DNA of 64,000 nt from an uncultured virus (IMG/VR IMGVR_UViG_3300035689_000009) (lineage: Duplodnaviria; Heunggongvirae; Uroviricota; Caudoviricetes), in IMG/VR virus record IMGVR_UViG_3300035689_000009, positions 1-64,000 of that record. One strand, given 5' to 3'. A model generated the notes under the pieces. That model was not told the origin of the DNA and ran no database searches. It saw only the letters and a list, made by a program, of their open reading frames with translations. The first letter of the stretch is position 1. Each line of letters starts with the position of its first letter. A program made the position numbers and the translations under genes. Below are positions 11,827 through 24,400 of this stretch, piece after piece.

Positions 11827-13044
11827 CTAAACCGCATCTAGCCAAATACTGTATTCGCAAGTAACTCCATTCTCGGGGTGAACGAACATCAAATGCTGAC
11901 ACGGTCTGCTCATTGAGGAAAAATACTCTTGAGCATAAGTGTTATAGCTTTCTGGTGAACCTGAGACCCTGAGCATTGAGCTACCTATGGTCATTTTAAA
12001 TTGCTGATGATAGTGGCCCATAAATATATCTTCGAAGTGCTCTGGGATTGCGCCATCTTTCCACCCCATTGCTCTCTTATAGTAGCCATGATATTGTCCT
12101 GGTGCAGGCATTTGGTCACCATGAATTAGCAAGGAACTATAGTTACCTATGGTGTCTACAGCGTACCAATGTCTTTCGCCTTTTCCATCTGGAATATTAA
12201 AGGTTATTCTTGGCTCCTGTCTTCCTTCTTTGTAAAAGAATTCCATTGACTTGTAAAGGAGTCTATCCATGTTTGTTTCTGGGTCATGCATCTTCCTGCC
12301 GCGTCCGCCTACTGCACCGTGATTTCCTATCACACCAGTAACATGCACGTGCTCAAAGTGCTGCAGTACGGTGTCAAAGAACTTACTTAGAATTGCTGGA
12401 CCGTTAACGCCTACTTGCCTATAGAGTCCAGAATCTATTAGGTGAGCTTGTCCTGGAAATATCTCTTCACCCTCTACGATATCGCCTAATAGCCATACGT
12501 GAAGATTCTTAACAGGGTGATGCTTCCTTTGTATTTCTGTTATTTCTAGCAGTTTCTGAGTATAAACTTCTATTCTTTCTGCTAAAACTTCAGAGTTATA
12601 ATCGGGAGTTATCTTACCTAACTGCCAATCCGCAAATACTGCTACTGCTGTTTCAGGAACACCTGGTAACACCTTAAGTGTTGGGCCCTTAATGGGAGCA
12701 GTTTCTATAGATGAAAAAGCATCGAATGCAGCTTGATAGACTGCATAAACTGTTTCATCTTTTACGTTCTTATTTTTTTCAGCTATTTTAGCCAAACGTC
12801 TATTTTCAGATCTTAAAAAGATAGATTGATCAGCTGCCGTAGCTTCATGACTATCTAAGAAGATTTGAGCGTCCTGCTCTTCTTCATTCCACACTTCTGT
12901 TATTCCAGTTTCAATAATTTCACAATCATCATGTAGTACTTCGCCAGGAAAGTTGTCATACCCTTCTGATACCATTCTTGCATGGGTCATGTTTTTTGCT
13001 TTTACTATCTGTTTTCTTATAACAGAGTAAGTTTGTTCAGACAT
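11827..13044 (-). CDS. Calcineurin-like metallophosphoesterase
   Basis: Motifs ADWQLG, GDIVEG, GNHG, HGD and GHYH in canonical order. Confidence 0.85.
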   Translation of the reverse strand: MSEQTYSVIRKQIVKAKNMTHARMVSEGYDNFPGEVLHDDCEIIETGITEVWNEEEQDAQIFLDSHEATAADQSIFLRSENRRLAKIAEKNKNVKDETVYAVYQAAFDAFSSIETAPIKGPTLKVLPGVPETAVAVFADWQLGKITPDYNSEVLAERIEVYTQKLLEITEIQRKHHPVKNLHVWLLGDIVEGEEIFPGQAHLIDSGLYRQVGVNGPAILSKFFDTVLQHFEHVHVTGVIGNHGAVGGRGRKMHDPETNMDRLLYKSMEFFYKEGRQEPRITFNIPDGKGERHWYAVDTIGNYSSLLIHGDQMPAPGQYHGYYKRAMGWKDGAIPEHFEDIFMGHYHQQFKMTIGSSMLRVSGSPESYNTYAQEYFSSMSRPCQHLMFVHPENGVTCEYSIWLDAV

Positions 13045-13067
13045 TAATTTACACCTTTTCTACTAGT

Positions 13068-14228
13068 TTACGCTCCCATTATAACAGAGAATAGGCTAAG
13101 CGTACCAGCAGCCATGTAACTTTTATCATCAGATAGTCTATAATCTTTATTAGGTATATTTCTATTGTCTACTTTAATATTACCAACAGTGACAGACATA
13201 ATTAGCTCTGAAGAAAGCTTCATCTGTCTTTCTATTTCCGATATTGAAACTGAGTCACCAATTGTAAGACTGTTTAAATATCTATTTAAGAAAATCTTTG
13301 ACTGATTTTCCACACTCCTAGCAATTGCTCCTGTTGTTCCTTCTCTTAATGTTAAGGTGGCTGAAACATCTACTAATTTTTTAGTAGCCACTCTCAGGTT
13401 CATATTGATACCAACCGGTTTAACGGCTTTAATCTTCTCGTAAACCAACTGGCTCATTATACTTATCCCAGCTTGTGTTTCTGGTATAACCACTATATCG
13501 CATGTGCCAACACCAAGAGAAGCTTCTCTTATTTTTACATCCCTGACACCCTTAACTGATAAGGCTGCAAACCTAACAGATTCTGCGGTACCTGATGCAG
13601 AGCCTCTAATTGCTGAAACTATTCTTCTTCTATAGTTATCATCAGATTCTGAGTTAAGGCTACTGTAAACTTCCTTTGGATTATTACAGTACACTACGAT
13701 ACCCGGAGGTGATATGAAATTATGTCTCACCAAGGTGTTTCTAGCTGCGGTCACATTATTATCTGCAAATTTTGCTTTAACTGATCCATAGGCCCTTGTG
13801 TTACCGGTTGCTATAACGATATCTGAATTTAGTTCATATTGATACTGAGTTGAAGAAAACGCTGTGGCATCGTTGTATACAAGCGTTCCTTTTGGAATGG
13901 TTACTGTCGAACTATGAGTTGTATTTAAATAAAATTCTATATTTCCAGTAACTCTTTCTGGGACCAGCTCAGATGATATAGTTCTACGCTGTACGTTATA
14001 CAGGGTGCCTATCATATCTAGATTGATTCCTGAAGCTGTTGAGAGATTAGACTGCTCTATGCTCACCTTTAAGGAGTTGTAAAGATCGCTAATTTCAGAA
14101 TGAATTGCTTCCGCAAAAGCTCTGGCTATTGATCCAGGAGAAATAGCGCTAATTCCTGCGTTTTTTTGCAGGGCGTTGAGAGTAGCTACGAGCATTTGCT
14201 CTTTACTCTTTATGTTAACTGATACCAC
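13068..14228 (-). CDS. Baseplate J-like protein
   Basis: TASGINLDMIG, ESDDNYRRRI and GTAESVRFAALSVKGV motifs typical of gpJ/gp6-like wedge proteins; follows a gp25-like gene. Confidence 0.85.
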   Translation of the reverse strand: MVSVNIKSKEQMLVATLNALQKNAGISAISPGSIARAFAEAIHSEISDLYNSLKVSIEQSNLSTASGINLDMIGTLYNVQRRTISSELVPERVTGNIEFYLNTTHSSTVTIPKGTLVYNDATAFSSTQYQYELNSDIVIATGNTRAYGSVKAKFADNNVTAARNTLVRHNFISPPGIVVYCNNPKEVYSSLNSESDDNYRRRIVSAIRGSASGTAESVRFAALSVKGVRDVKIREASLGVGTCDIVVIPETQAGISIMSQLVYEKIKAVKPVGINMNLRVATKKLVDVSATLTLREGTTGAIARSVENQSKIFLNRYLNSLTIGDSVSISEIERQMKLSSELIMSVTVGNIKVDNRNIPNKDYRLSDDKSYMAAGTLSLFSVIMGA

Positions 14229-14229
14229 T

Positions 14230-14610
14230 CTAGGCTCCTAAGTCTTGTGTTATTGACAATATCGTAGGTTCATTTAAATCACCCATTAAATAAACATCAA
14301 ATCTAATGGAGTCTGCGGAAACCGGTACTGCTTCAATAGTAATTTGTCTATTTTTAAAAACCCCTTCTCTTTCTAGGGCTGCACGAATTAATCTTTTGCC
14401 GAAGTCACCGGTTTGAGGGTTTTGAGGCATTCCGTATAGCATCGACAGTTGAGTCCCTAGCTGAGGGTAAATAAAGAAGTCACCTGGCTCAGTCATCAAC
14501 CTCATATATACATGCTGTATATCTTTTTCTGACATAGATTGAACTAAGCCCAAATCTCCAGATCCATTTACTACTAAATCACCACTAAGGCTGATGTAAA
14601 AATCAGACAT
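14230..14610 (-). CDS. Baseplate wedge / sheath-initiator protein (gp25/gpW-like)
   Basis: 126 aa; GDLVVNGSGDL...RLMTEPGD...YPQLGTQL motif; immediately upstream of the J-like gene. Confidence 0.8.
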   Translation of the reverse strand: MSDFYISLSGDLVVNGSGDLGLVQSMSEKDIQHVYMRLMTEPGDFFIYPQLGTQLSMLYGMPQNPQTGDFGKRLIRAALEREGVFKNRQITIEAVPVSADSIRFDVYLMGDLNEPTILSITQDLGA

Positions 14611-15307
14611 TATTATCTCCTATGCTTTCTTTAACAATATCTAACGCCTGGTTTATCGAGCGCCCATTAGACATTAGATTTCTTATGCTATTTATCAAAT
14701 TAGCCTTTGACATACTCTCTGCATTAAACAGCGCAGAAGAGTTCCTATCCCAAAAAGAATCTAATTTAATAATATCTTCTTTTGTAAAATCATTATCTAA
14801 TGAAGAATTTTCCAATACATCCACCGAGACAACATCAGTGTTAGTTGTTTCTCTATAAGCGTACGTGCCGTTAATAGTAACTGCCTGTTGTGAATCTTCT
14901 TGGTCTATTAAATCTAGATTCTTTATGTAATGATCCATATTTAAAAAAGCTGGATTATAAGATTTATCATTTGCGCTGACAAATGCTGGCTCCGAAAACA
15001 CAGTTGCCGAATGATTGAATTCCATAGAGTTCCATTTTAAACCATCTTCTTTTGTAAAAAACTTAATATTATCCGCAAAAAGAGAAATGGTTTTTGTTGA
15101 TCCATTTATAACTATACCTACTCCAGGCGCTGAAAATATTTCTATATCACCAGAATCTGTTAGTCTTATAAAAGATGGATTATCTGGATGAGTTAACCCT
15201 ACTTCTCTTTGGGAAAAGTTTTTCCTTCTGCTTAATTCATCTATCTCAGAAGCGGTCTTGCCAGCTACTGATTCAAAAGACTTTTGTGCGTGAATTTTTT
15301 CTGACAT
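14603..15307 (-). CDS. Hypothetical baseplate-associated protein
   Basis: Start reassigned to the ATG at 15307 (MSEKIHAQ), 1 nt after the upstream stop; N-terminal half is beta-rich (FIRLTDSGDIEIFS). Confidence 0.6.
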   Translation of the reverse strand: MSEKIHAQKSFESVAGKTASEIDELSRRKNFSQREVGLTHPDNPSFIRLTDSGDIEIFSAPGVGIVINGSTKTISLFADNIKFFTKEDGLKWNSMEFNHSATVFSEPAFVSANDKSYNPAFLNMDHYIKNLDLIDQEDSQQAVTINGTYAYRETTNTDVVSVDVLENSSLDNDFTKEDIIKLDSFWDRNSSALFNAESMSKANLINSIRNLMSNGRSINQALDIVKESIGDNNV

Positions 15308-15308
15308 T

Positions 15309-15671
15309 TTAAACCATAAACTTTGGCACACCAGTGTCTACACTGTAGTTGGGCATATATCTTCCTACGCTATTTGTATCGTCCATATATGATACTATAT
15401 GTGGAAACCTTTCATTGGCGTCAGCAAAGCCAACTATACATCTTGTGCCGGCTGTTGGCGCAACACTTTGCACACCGAGGGTGGATGGACATGGAACTCC
15501 TCTTATTATATTACCAACTTGATTTGTCATCCTATCATCTAAGATAATTACAGCTGTATTAGTCATTTTATTGTATGACATAATAGTTCCAGATCTTGTC
15601 TTAGATTGCTGAAGCTGATTATTGCTAATGTGTGAATTTAATTTTTCATCAAATTTTGGATACTGTTTCAT
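15309..15671 (-). CDS. Baseplate spike OB-fold-like protein (gpV/gp5 N-terminal-like)
   Basis: GTIMSYNKMTNTAVI...VPCP...PTAGTRCIVGF pattern and position in the baseplate operon. Confidence 0.55.
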   Translation of the reverse strand: MKQYPKFDEKLNSHISNNQLQQSKTRSGTIMSYNKMTNTAVIILDDRMTNQVGNIIRGVPCPSTLGVQSVAPTAGTRCIVGFADANERFPHIVSYMDDTNSVGRYMPNYSVDTGVPKFMV

Positions 15672-15682
15672 TACTTATCTCC

Positions 15683-18437
15683 TTATGCGCTCCATATAGA
15701 CGATGCTCCAGCGTAGGTGTACTTGCTTCCTGGGAAAGTTGTTGAATTTATATTTCTTGGTCTTGGTCTATCAGACCCTTCACTTTCATCATGCTGGTCA
15801 ACGTACTGACCATTTCCTATTGAAACTCCTACGTGGCCATAGTCATCAGTCCCACCCTGCCAAAATACCAAATAACCAGCTGGTGGGTTCTTTCCGTTTT
15901 CAGTCTCTGGTCCATAGAATGAAGCACTCGATTTTAGATTAGACAAGTGTTCTCCCGCTGTTAGGAATTGACTAAGACTAGGCGTAGAGACTGTATATGA
16001 GCCTTCGTTACCTGCAGCTGTCCACTCATCTGCAAATAGTGCAGTTTGTGCTGGGCCAAATAATCCCAAAGCAGCTGAAAGAACTCTGGCAAATCTATCG
16101 CAACCAAAGTTGCCGTCAAGATCTGAACGATATTTAGAAAGCCATTGAGGAATCTTATTAGTGCTAATCCAGTCTGCAGCTTCTTCAATTTGGTTCTTAG
16201 TAAAAGATGCAGGAGATCCATCTCCTCCGGCACTTTGCGAACTAACTACATCTACCTCATATGTAATTATTCCACTAGCGCCTTCGTTTATCAATGAACC
16301 ATCTTTAGCGTGATCATAGAAAACAGTTCCATCCATCCACTGTTCTATATAGTTTATTGTTCTTTTATTATTCTTTTTAAAATTTACTCTAACCCAATCT
16401 TCTAGTGTTTCTATAGGTTTTCCTGTTGTTAAATATACGTTAACAGCATTTTGAAATTTTGTTCCGAATATAAATCCACAATCAGATCTTGGTGTTTTAT
16501 CTGAGTTATCATAATCTCCCCAATGGAAAAAACCATTAGATGCATCTATCTTATTTACGTTTTTAAAATCTTTTCTGCCCCACTTATCCATCAGCATCCA
16601 AACTTGATTAATTGGGAACCACAACCTGTCATCGGTAGTAGACTTTGATTCTTCTTTATTGCTATTAGTGTTATAAATTTCTACTAATTTTTTTGCTACA
16701 GCGTTGGGATCCCAGGAAGAAGCTTCAGTAGCAGAGTACATTAACCTGTGAGCTTTAACTAATTGCTTTGTTGCAGCAGAACCATCATAGTAAATTGGCA
16801 CGTCGTTTGATGCGTTGGTCGACCTCTTGATTAAGGAAATCAAATTATACTGAAACATTCCAATTGAAACGTCACCACCCCAACTTGTCTTGTTATCGAA
16901 ACATTTGCCGTTATAACCTGCTGGACTGGCTCCACTCTCTCTTCCTGCTACAGCGCAAAAAATTGCTGCTGCCTCGTCAGAAAATGGACCTTCTTGAGAA
17001 AGCATTATAAATAATTCATATAGTGTTATTGCTGGACCACCATTTTTATAATTTTTATAGGCTTTTTCTTTTGCTGATGTCAGACTTGCTGAATTATCTA
17101 TTGGGTTTCCATTTTCATCTAATTGTTGAGCTGAAGCATCAGAGGTTTTCCAGCCACCAGAACCAATGTACTTACCACCTCTTTGTGGGCTAAAGCTAAT
17201 ATGAATATTTTCCGTATGCTCTGGACCAAATTCAAAGTTAACATATTTTAGATTTGGATATTGTGTTTTGATTGCAGTATCAACTGACTCAAAACCTTCT
17301 CCAATTCCTTTATCCTTTGCAACGTCTGGGTCAATGACTATAAGATCTGGCATTAGGGGTTGTGGCATTGTGTTTAACTTTTGTAAAACAATATCTAAGG
17401 CAATTGCATATCTCTCTTTGCCTCTTATTACTCCATAGTCGCCAACTGATCTAATGTCAAACGCTCTTCCAAAAACATGATCAGATATAGAATTTTTATT
17501 ATTTTTATCAATTCCACTTTCTGGATTTGAATGCCTGCTTGTTTTGTCACTTTCTGACAACACTGCCCTATTAAGGGCAAACGTGCCATTTAATTTAACA
17601 CCTTTATTTACATCTGTCATCATCAATAAGCATTCAATCAAAGAAGCACTAATGTATGCCTTTTTTTGAGGAGCGCTTATTAATGATGATTCAACAGAAT
17701 TCTCAGTTGGATTAGATTCATCTGTGTAGTATGAATTTGTTTGCACAAAAGAATAAGAAGATAGTACGTTTGGTATGTCAAATTGAAACCCAAGAGTTAA
17801 AGCTGGTTCATTGATGGATTGTTTAAGAAGTGTTCCTCTATCTATATATATTTGTTTTTCTTCTTCGCTTAATTCTTCATCTGTAGCTATAGCTCTTTCT
17901 CCTAAACCTGGAGCCTGGACATCTATTGTGTAGGCGGTGCTATTGTGGGTAAATAGTGCTCCAGTAGAATCTCCAACTTTAGACTTATCGTTTCCTGGCC
18001 ATTTTCCATTTGTTGATTCTAACAAAGGATTCATAACTGACGTTGGTGCAAAACCAGTTCCAACTAAAGACTGAGAAACTACCTTTAAGTATGCCTGGTC
18101 ACCCTTTAGCACTTCTAAATCTCCAGGCCCCTGATAATCTGGATTAGCTACTTGGAAAGCATCTCCTGATTGAATGCCTGTTGCTAATATGGAATGAAGA
18201 GACGACCTAACGAATTTTGTTGATGCGTCTGCTAGCGCTGCTGGGTTTCTAGTTAATGCTCCGTCCAGCCATTATATCTGTTAAATTTCTAGACGTTAAC
18301 GTCTGATTTGCATAATCTTCTTTTGAGGCTGAAGTGACTAAGCTGGCCGTTCCATTAGGGTTGTAGCCTTCTGACAATTTTGATATAAAAGCAGTTGAGT
18401 CATTAAGGTCATTTAAGCTAAAATTAAAATCAGACAT
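15683..18437 (-). CDS. Tail-associated multi-domain peptidoglycan hydrolase (M15-like peptidase + lytic transglycosylase + CHAP/NlpC-P60), ~917 aa, requires +1 shift at 18263
   Basis: ORFs 18249-18437 and 15683-18112 join at GGA C GGA GCA. Motifs: SDHVFGRAFDI...HIHISF-like (ENIHISF); AVAGRESG...SIGMFQYN; GCDRFAR...PPAGYLVFW...YGHVGVSIGNGQYV. Confidence 0.75.
18260..18263 (-). other. +1 recoding site 2 (GGA CGG A -> GGA GGA), codon 59
   Basis: In-frame CGG; zero frame ends RSIN*; +1 frame is open to 15683. Confidence 0.8.
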
Positions 18438-18439
18438 TA

Positions 18440-21400
18440 TTATAATCCACTCTTTTGTTGAACATAGCTTGGCGTTGGTATAGATCTATCTAAGCCGCCA
18501 GTAGATGCTCTTTCTCTTAGTAGATCTACAGTATACACTTGGGCTAAGTTATTTGTTACTAGCTCCCAATTAAGAGTCGCTGGCGCTCCGTCATTATAGT
18601 ACTCATCCCAAGAAATATATGGCCATTCTGAAGCTTTTGAATAAAGAACTTCTAATATTTTAAAGTTAACTAAATCATTAAACAATTTTCTTTCGTCATT
18701 GGTTATAGTTAATAGCGGATCTGTTTCTCCAGTAATCTCAAAATGATTCTCCATATTAGAAGTGTATATTGAATTATATATTTCATCAAACTTTTGACCA
18801 AATACTGATTCTCCATAAAGATTTTTTTTGAATTTTTCTTTTTTCTGTATGATGCTTAAGCCAAGATTTTGAACAAAGAAAGATCTTATTATGGAAATAT
18901 TTGTTTCTTTATCTTCATCAAGCATTCTATAGAATACTGTTCCTAAAGATTTTTCTCTTTCTTGATCTCCGTAGTTAACACCCTTGAAGTAACTATTTGT
19001 ATTATTGATTCTTGATCCAGGGGATAAATCATCTTCTGTATAAATAGAAGTTGAAGATTGATCATTGGGAGAAACTCTAATAACAAAAGGCTTATCTCTG
19101 AGTCTTTCACTTACGAAGATTGCTGCTCTTCCACCTGGTGAATTAACATTTATTGCAGTTGTTGGATCATCTGGCTTATACCCAGCTTGTATAGAAGTAT
19201 TTGTGTACGCTTGGAAAGTACCAAGACTTGAAGCTATTATTCCCTCTAGTCTAACCTTAAAAGGTTGACCAGTTGGATTCATTAAGTCTACTACTTCTAT
19301 TTCATCACCATCTATAACATTATGTAATTTACATATCACTTTAAAGTATTGGTTTAAGCCAGTTTTATCTGGGCCAGTTCCAGAGTACTTTAATACTTCA
19401 GCATTAACTAATGCATTTTCATAACTCACGTATCTTACTAAGTCAGTTATTTCTTTTTCTTTCCAGCCAAGACTCTTAAGTAAATCATCATTTCTAATAA
19501 ATGCATTGCCGTCAACGGTTCTAACCTTACTCTTTACTCCTAAAATTCCAGGAAGAAGTCTCTTTGTATGGTATCTGCCAACAACCATTCCTTGATTTAT
19601 AGCAAGACTTGCGTCCATTGGTTGACCATTCTTATTTAGATAAGATATATAGCAGCCGTGTTGATCCAAAACGTTGTCCCTGACCCACTTCCAGCCTTTC
19701 CAAAATAAATCAGATGCTACTGCACCAGCAATTCCGGCAGCAATTGCGCCACCGGGGATTGCTGCTGTTGCTGCAGTTAGGCCAACTGTAGTTAAGTATG
19801 TTGCTGCAATTCCGGTTAAGCTAATTCCATTTTCAGAGTTTTGCTTCATCTGATTCTCTATTTGAGATTGGGCATCTGTTAATCCTTCGGCTGCAAAGTT
19901 CGCCATTATGTCGGACATAAGTGCACTTGATCCATGAGTAAATTGCACACCACCCATCATCTGTGATCTTAGCGCTTCTGACATACCGTCAACAGAAATG
20001 TCTCCACCAGACAAGATTCCAGTGCTTCCAGCTTGAACTGAATTAATCAAACTTCTTGTATCATTTCTTATATTCTGAATTGACATCCAAGAATGAATCC
20101 AACTAGACATAAACCATCTTGCTGGATCATTTATAGTCACAAGAGCATTAGGTGTGATAGACGTTATGAATCCCATATTTGGAGTAAAATGATGAACAAC
20201 CTGTTCGACTTCAAAAATTCCATACATTCTTTCATAAACATCAGCGAGGTAAACTAAGTCATGAGGTCTTATATCTGCGCTTCCTATTACAATTAACTCT
20301 CCAGAATAAATATCTTTTAGAGATTCCTTAAGATGAGCTAGACCAACTCTTCTTGCCATTAGTTCATCTGGCGCACCTTGAGATAGTTTTATTGCTCCTC
20401 TTGCAAATTCTATTGGATGGAATAACGGTTGAGCAATTCCGAATAGACCTTCGCCAGCTATGTTATCAAAGAATAAACCAGTCTCTACAGTTTTCTCAAC
20501 CTGTCTTTCTGCTGGAATACTTTTATCTAAAGCTACTGTTACTGGATACTTTCCTTCAGATACAGCGGTTACCTGAGTTGCTACATTGGTTATAGTCTCT
20601 TGTATATTATTAGCTATAATAGTTGAGAATGAACTTATGTAGTGTATTTTCTGAAATGGTTCACGTACTTCGACTACTGGTTCTCCATACTCTCTAGTGA
20701 ATGGGTTGTCAATGGCTCTTAATAGTGATCCAGGTCTTCCTAATGAATAATAGATAGAGTCATTTAATACTTTATTCATAATGTTTGCTTGCTGAGAGAA
20801 GTTATCTATGTTAGATAAACCATATCCCATTTGAAGCATCGACATTCTAAACATATTCATTAGACCTGATAAGCCATCACTCAGTGCTGTAAATAATGGT
20901 CCAATATTTTGATCCCAAAAGCTATCGATATTATGAGTTAGCACACCAACTACGTTACCTGCACTATTTCCTTCGCCTTTATTGTCTGCTAAAAGTTTCA
21001 AGAACTTTCTTTTATTTGATGCATAGTCTTGATTAGGATCGATAAATGCAGCAAAGATTTTGTGAACAGGACTAAAGTCCCACATATCATCACTGGCGTA
21101 TTGTCTATTTGGTTTTAATACTAACCAAGCTCTTGCATATGCATCTTGCCACATTGCCTGTCTAAACATTCCAACTATCAATAAGAATACTTGTTTTGGC
21201 GTAAAGTTATCTTTAATTATGTCATCTACTTTTGGCTGTCCGCCACCAACATCAGCGCCAAGTATTAAGGATAAATTAGATTGTGATTGTAAAAATAATC
21301 CTAATTTTTTATATTTTGTTTTTACTAAAGCATCGAAATATCTAACTAATCCACCCTCGTCGAGTGGTGCATCGACTAAGTTTTTTCTGGCAAATTCGAT

Positions 21401-24400
21401 AGCTTGCTTAACTGTATCTGAACTAACTAATGATCCAGACCCTGATTCAATCTGCCTCTCCATTGAATCAGCTGTACCGTATGGTATTCCAGTTCTTTGA
21501 TTTGGATTTGCTATAAAGTCACTTCCAAGTAATAAACTAAATTCATCTACCGCTGTGCTATCTGGACCATTGGCACTAAACAGTTTAAATATATCTGGAT
21601 TTGCTTTTGGATTTCGCAGTATAGTTATTAAGAAATCTGGAAGCGGAGTTATATCATCGGGATCCATACCAAAAGCATCAAAAAATATTTTCTTTATTGC
21701 TATTTCGTTATGGTAATTAAATCTAAATTGATCCCATACATCATTTGCTTGACTAAGAGTTCTTCCATTTCCAGCTATTACATGAGTGGAAGCGCTAAAA
21801 CCTTCATCAAAAAACTCTCTAGCTTTTATAGATTCTGGTGCAGCTGGATCATATACAGGAGCAAAACGTTCTCTTCCTGTTCCAGTATCTTCATCTCCAG
21901 TACTTCTAAGCTCGGCATCCAATACAGTGTATAGTGCTTCTCGCTCAAGGGCGCTGTACTCTTCGTTTATAATGTAATCAAAATAACTATTTTCTTGTTC
22001 TTTGCCAGCAAGGATGTTTCCACCCCTAGCGGCTGCTTCAGCAAAATGGCCTTGATCAAGAAGTGTTATTCCAGTAACTGGAATATACTCTTGCCATTGA
22101 GTATTTGTAAAAGCTGTTGGTCTTTCATTTAATAACTCTAGTTGTCTTTCAATTGAATCAGCCGTACCAGATAGCCCCAGCTTCTGCATGCCTGCTTTAG
22201 TTGCCTTTTCTGCTATAAGTTTTCCATCACCTTCTGACGCAAAAGCGCCAAAGCCAATAAAGTAATCCATATCAACATGAGTTTCGCCATTATACTTGAA
22301 CTCATTAGCTGGGTTATATATTGTTGTTACAACACCGAGTGGAACACTATCATCTACGAAAGTGAAGTAGCAATCTCTTGGCATTGGAGTTGGAGCAAGT
22401 CCGGCTTTTGCTAATGCCTGGGCTGACGCATTTGCGTGATTATTATCATTACCTATTTTATCATTCTCTGAACCAAAGTACTCTTTTTCATTTTCCGTAA
22501 GGTGCATTACACCTAGGTAGTACGCAGCATCTGGAGAAACGACTGCTGCTAAATCTACTTCCTTAAAAGAATCACTCTTAAAATTTATAAAATTATCATC
22601 AGTTCTATTTTCACTATCTGTATTATCATTTGCAGCTAAAGAGCCGTTAATTAAGTCAGCTTTATCCGTTCCCCATAAGAAGTATGCTGGCTTACAAACA
22701 ACAGCTGTTCTAGTTGTTGGACTGTATACTAAAACTTTTCTATTCTTGTAATCTTTTGGCTTACCATAAAATTGATTTACATCTCTATCTGGAAAATACT
22801 CATCTTTAAACTTTTTGAATATTTCATCATCTTTATCTTCAGTTATTTCATATGGCCATCTCATAGCTATGTAGAATTGCTCATCAAGAGCACTTGCTGG
22901 AGATCCCCAATCTCTATAACTAAATGGACTTCCAGAAGTAATCGTTCTTTGATTAATGTACTCATACTCCCAAGAGCCTTCAAGTTTTTCTATTCCCCTA
23001 ACTTGTTCCAGTAGTGAAGGTAGTGGCATTCTTATCAGTGACTTACTCCCAGTTACTCCACTTGTACTTAAATCAAATATAAATTTATCATTACCAAATG
23101 AATTAATTGGATTAACTGCCGCAGTAAATGAAACAGCTGCTAAGTTTATGACGAACTCATCTTCTGTTCCTCCTTCACGTTGATCCGTTAGTGAACTAGC
23201 AATGAGGGATGCTTCCGTGTCTAATAAACTTGTATATAGAGTATCGTGACCTAATTTTTCAAAATCTTTATCACCATCATGTATGGTTCCAGTTTTAAGC
23301 CTATCATCACCTTCTCCTGATCTATTATTACTTAGTGCGTAAAATGCGTAATCTAATAAAACTGCTCCAGCAACTCTGTCTGTGAAAAATGGGAAAGAAA
23401 ACCTAAGTGGCATTTGAGGTATTTCTACGTGTAAGCTTTTCATCTTTTCTATGTCTACTTCGGAAGCATTCTGTCCAGTAGAATCTATAGGTAAGTGGAA
23501 ACCAACTGTTACATAACCTTTGTTTTTTGGTATTTCAGATAAAATATCATTCGTCAATTGTTCTTTTGTTGTTTTACTATTACCGTAATATGCAGTTCTC
23601 CAAGGATCTAAGAAGTTAATAACTTTTCCTCTTAGGATTCCAGCTGGCGCATATATATCTGAGTAAGATGATTGTTGTTTAACTATTTCAGAAATAGATA
23701 TTGATGGATTTTGTCCTTGTTTAAATGCTTCATAATCAGCAGTAGAATTTGATTGCTTATTAACTTTTGTTAAAAGATCCATTAATTCTGAATCGGGACT
23801 TCTATAAGATGGCCTTTTAAGGCCGAGGCGCACTGCTTTGTCTTCAGAAGGAAAACCAGTAGTAATTGGAACTACTGCTGACGTATACAACCAGTGTGGC
23901 TTACCATAGAATACAGTTGACCTATCTTCAAATGGTCTTACGGCAACAATGTAGTTTGGAAGTAGTCTTGCGCACATTTGAAAAAGATCCCAAACAGATT
24001 TCATGTATGTTTGCGCTCTAAATGAAACCTCATCAAAGCCTGCCATGTCGTCGTCAAGGTCACTAATTAATCCAAACGTTTTCCAAATGTTTACACCACC
24101 TCTACCACTTAATCCTCCAAGCAGTGATGCTCCTCCGCCAACTGCCATAGCTCCACCTATGAATGGAAGTGCAATACCACCCGTACCAATGGCTAATGCA
24201 GTTCCTGCTGCCAGCAGTCCTCCACCAAGCACTGCAGCTGCAGTTCCGCCACTAGCTCTTGCTTCCATTCCCAACGTTAGATTGTCTATTGCAGCTGAGG
24301 CGTTTTTGGATCCTCCATCATATCTTTGAAGTAGATTATTCCACGAAGAATCTGTAAGTCTATTTTGATAATCTAACCTTGGATTTGGCATGTCTTCGGG

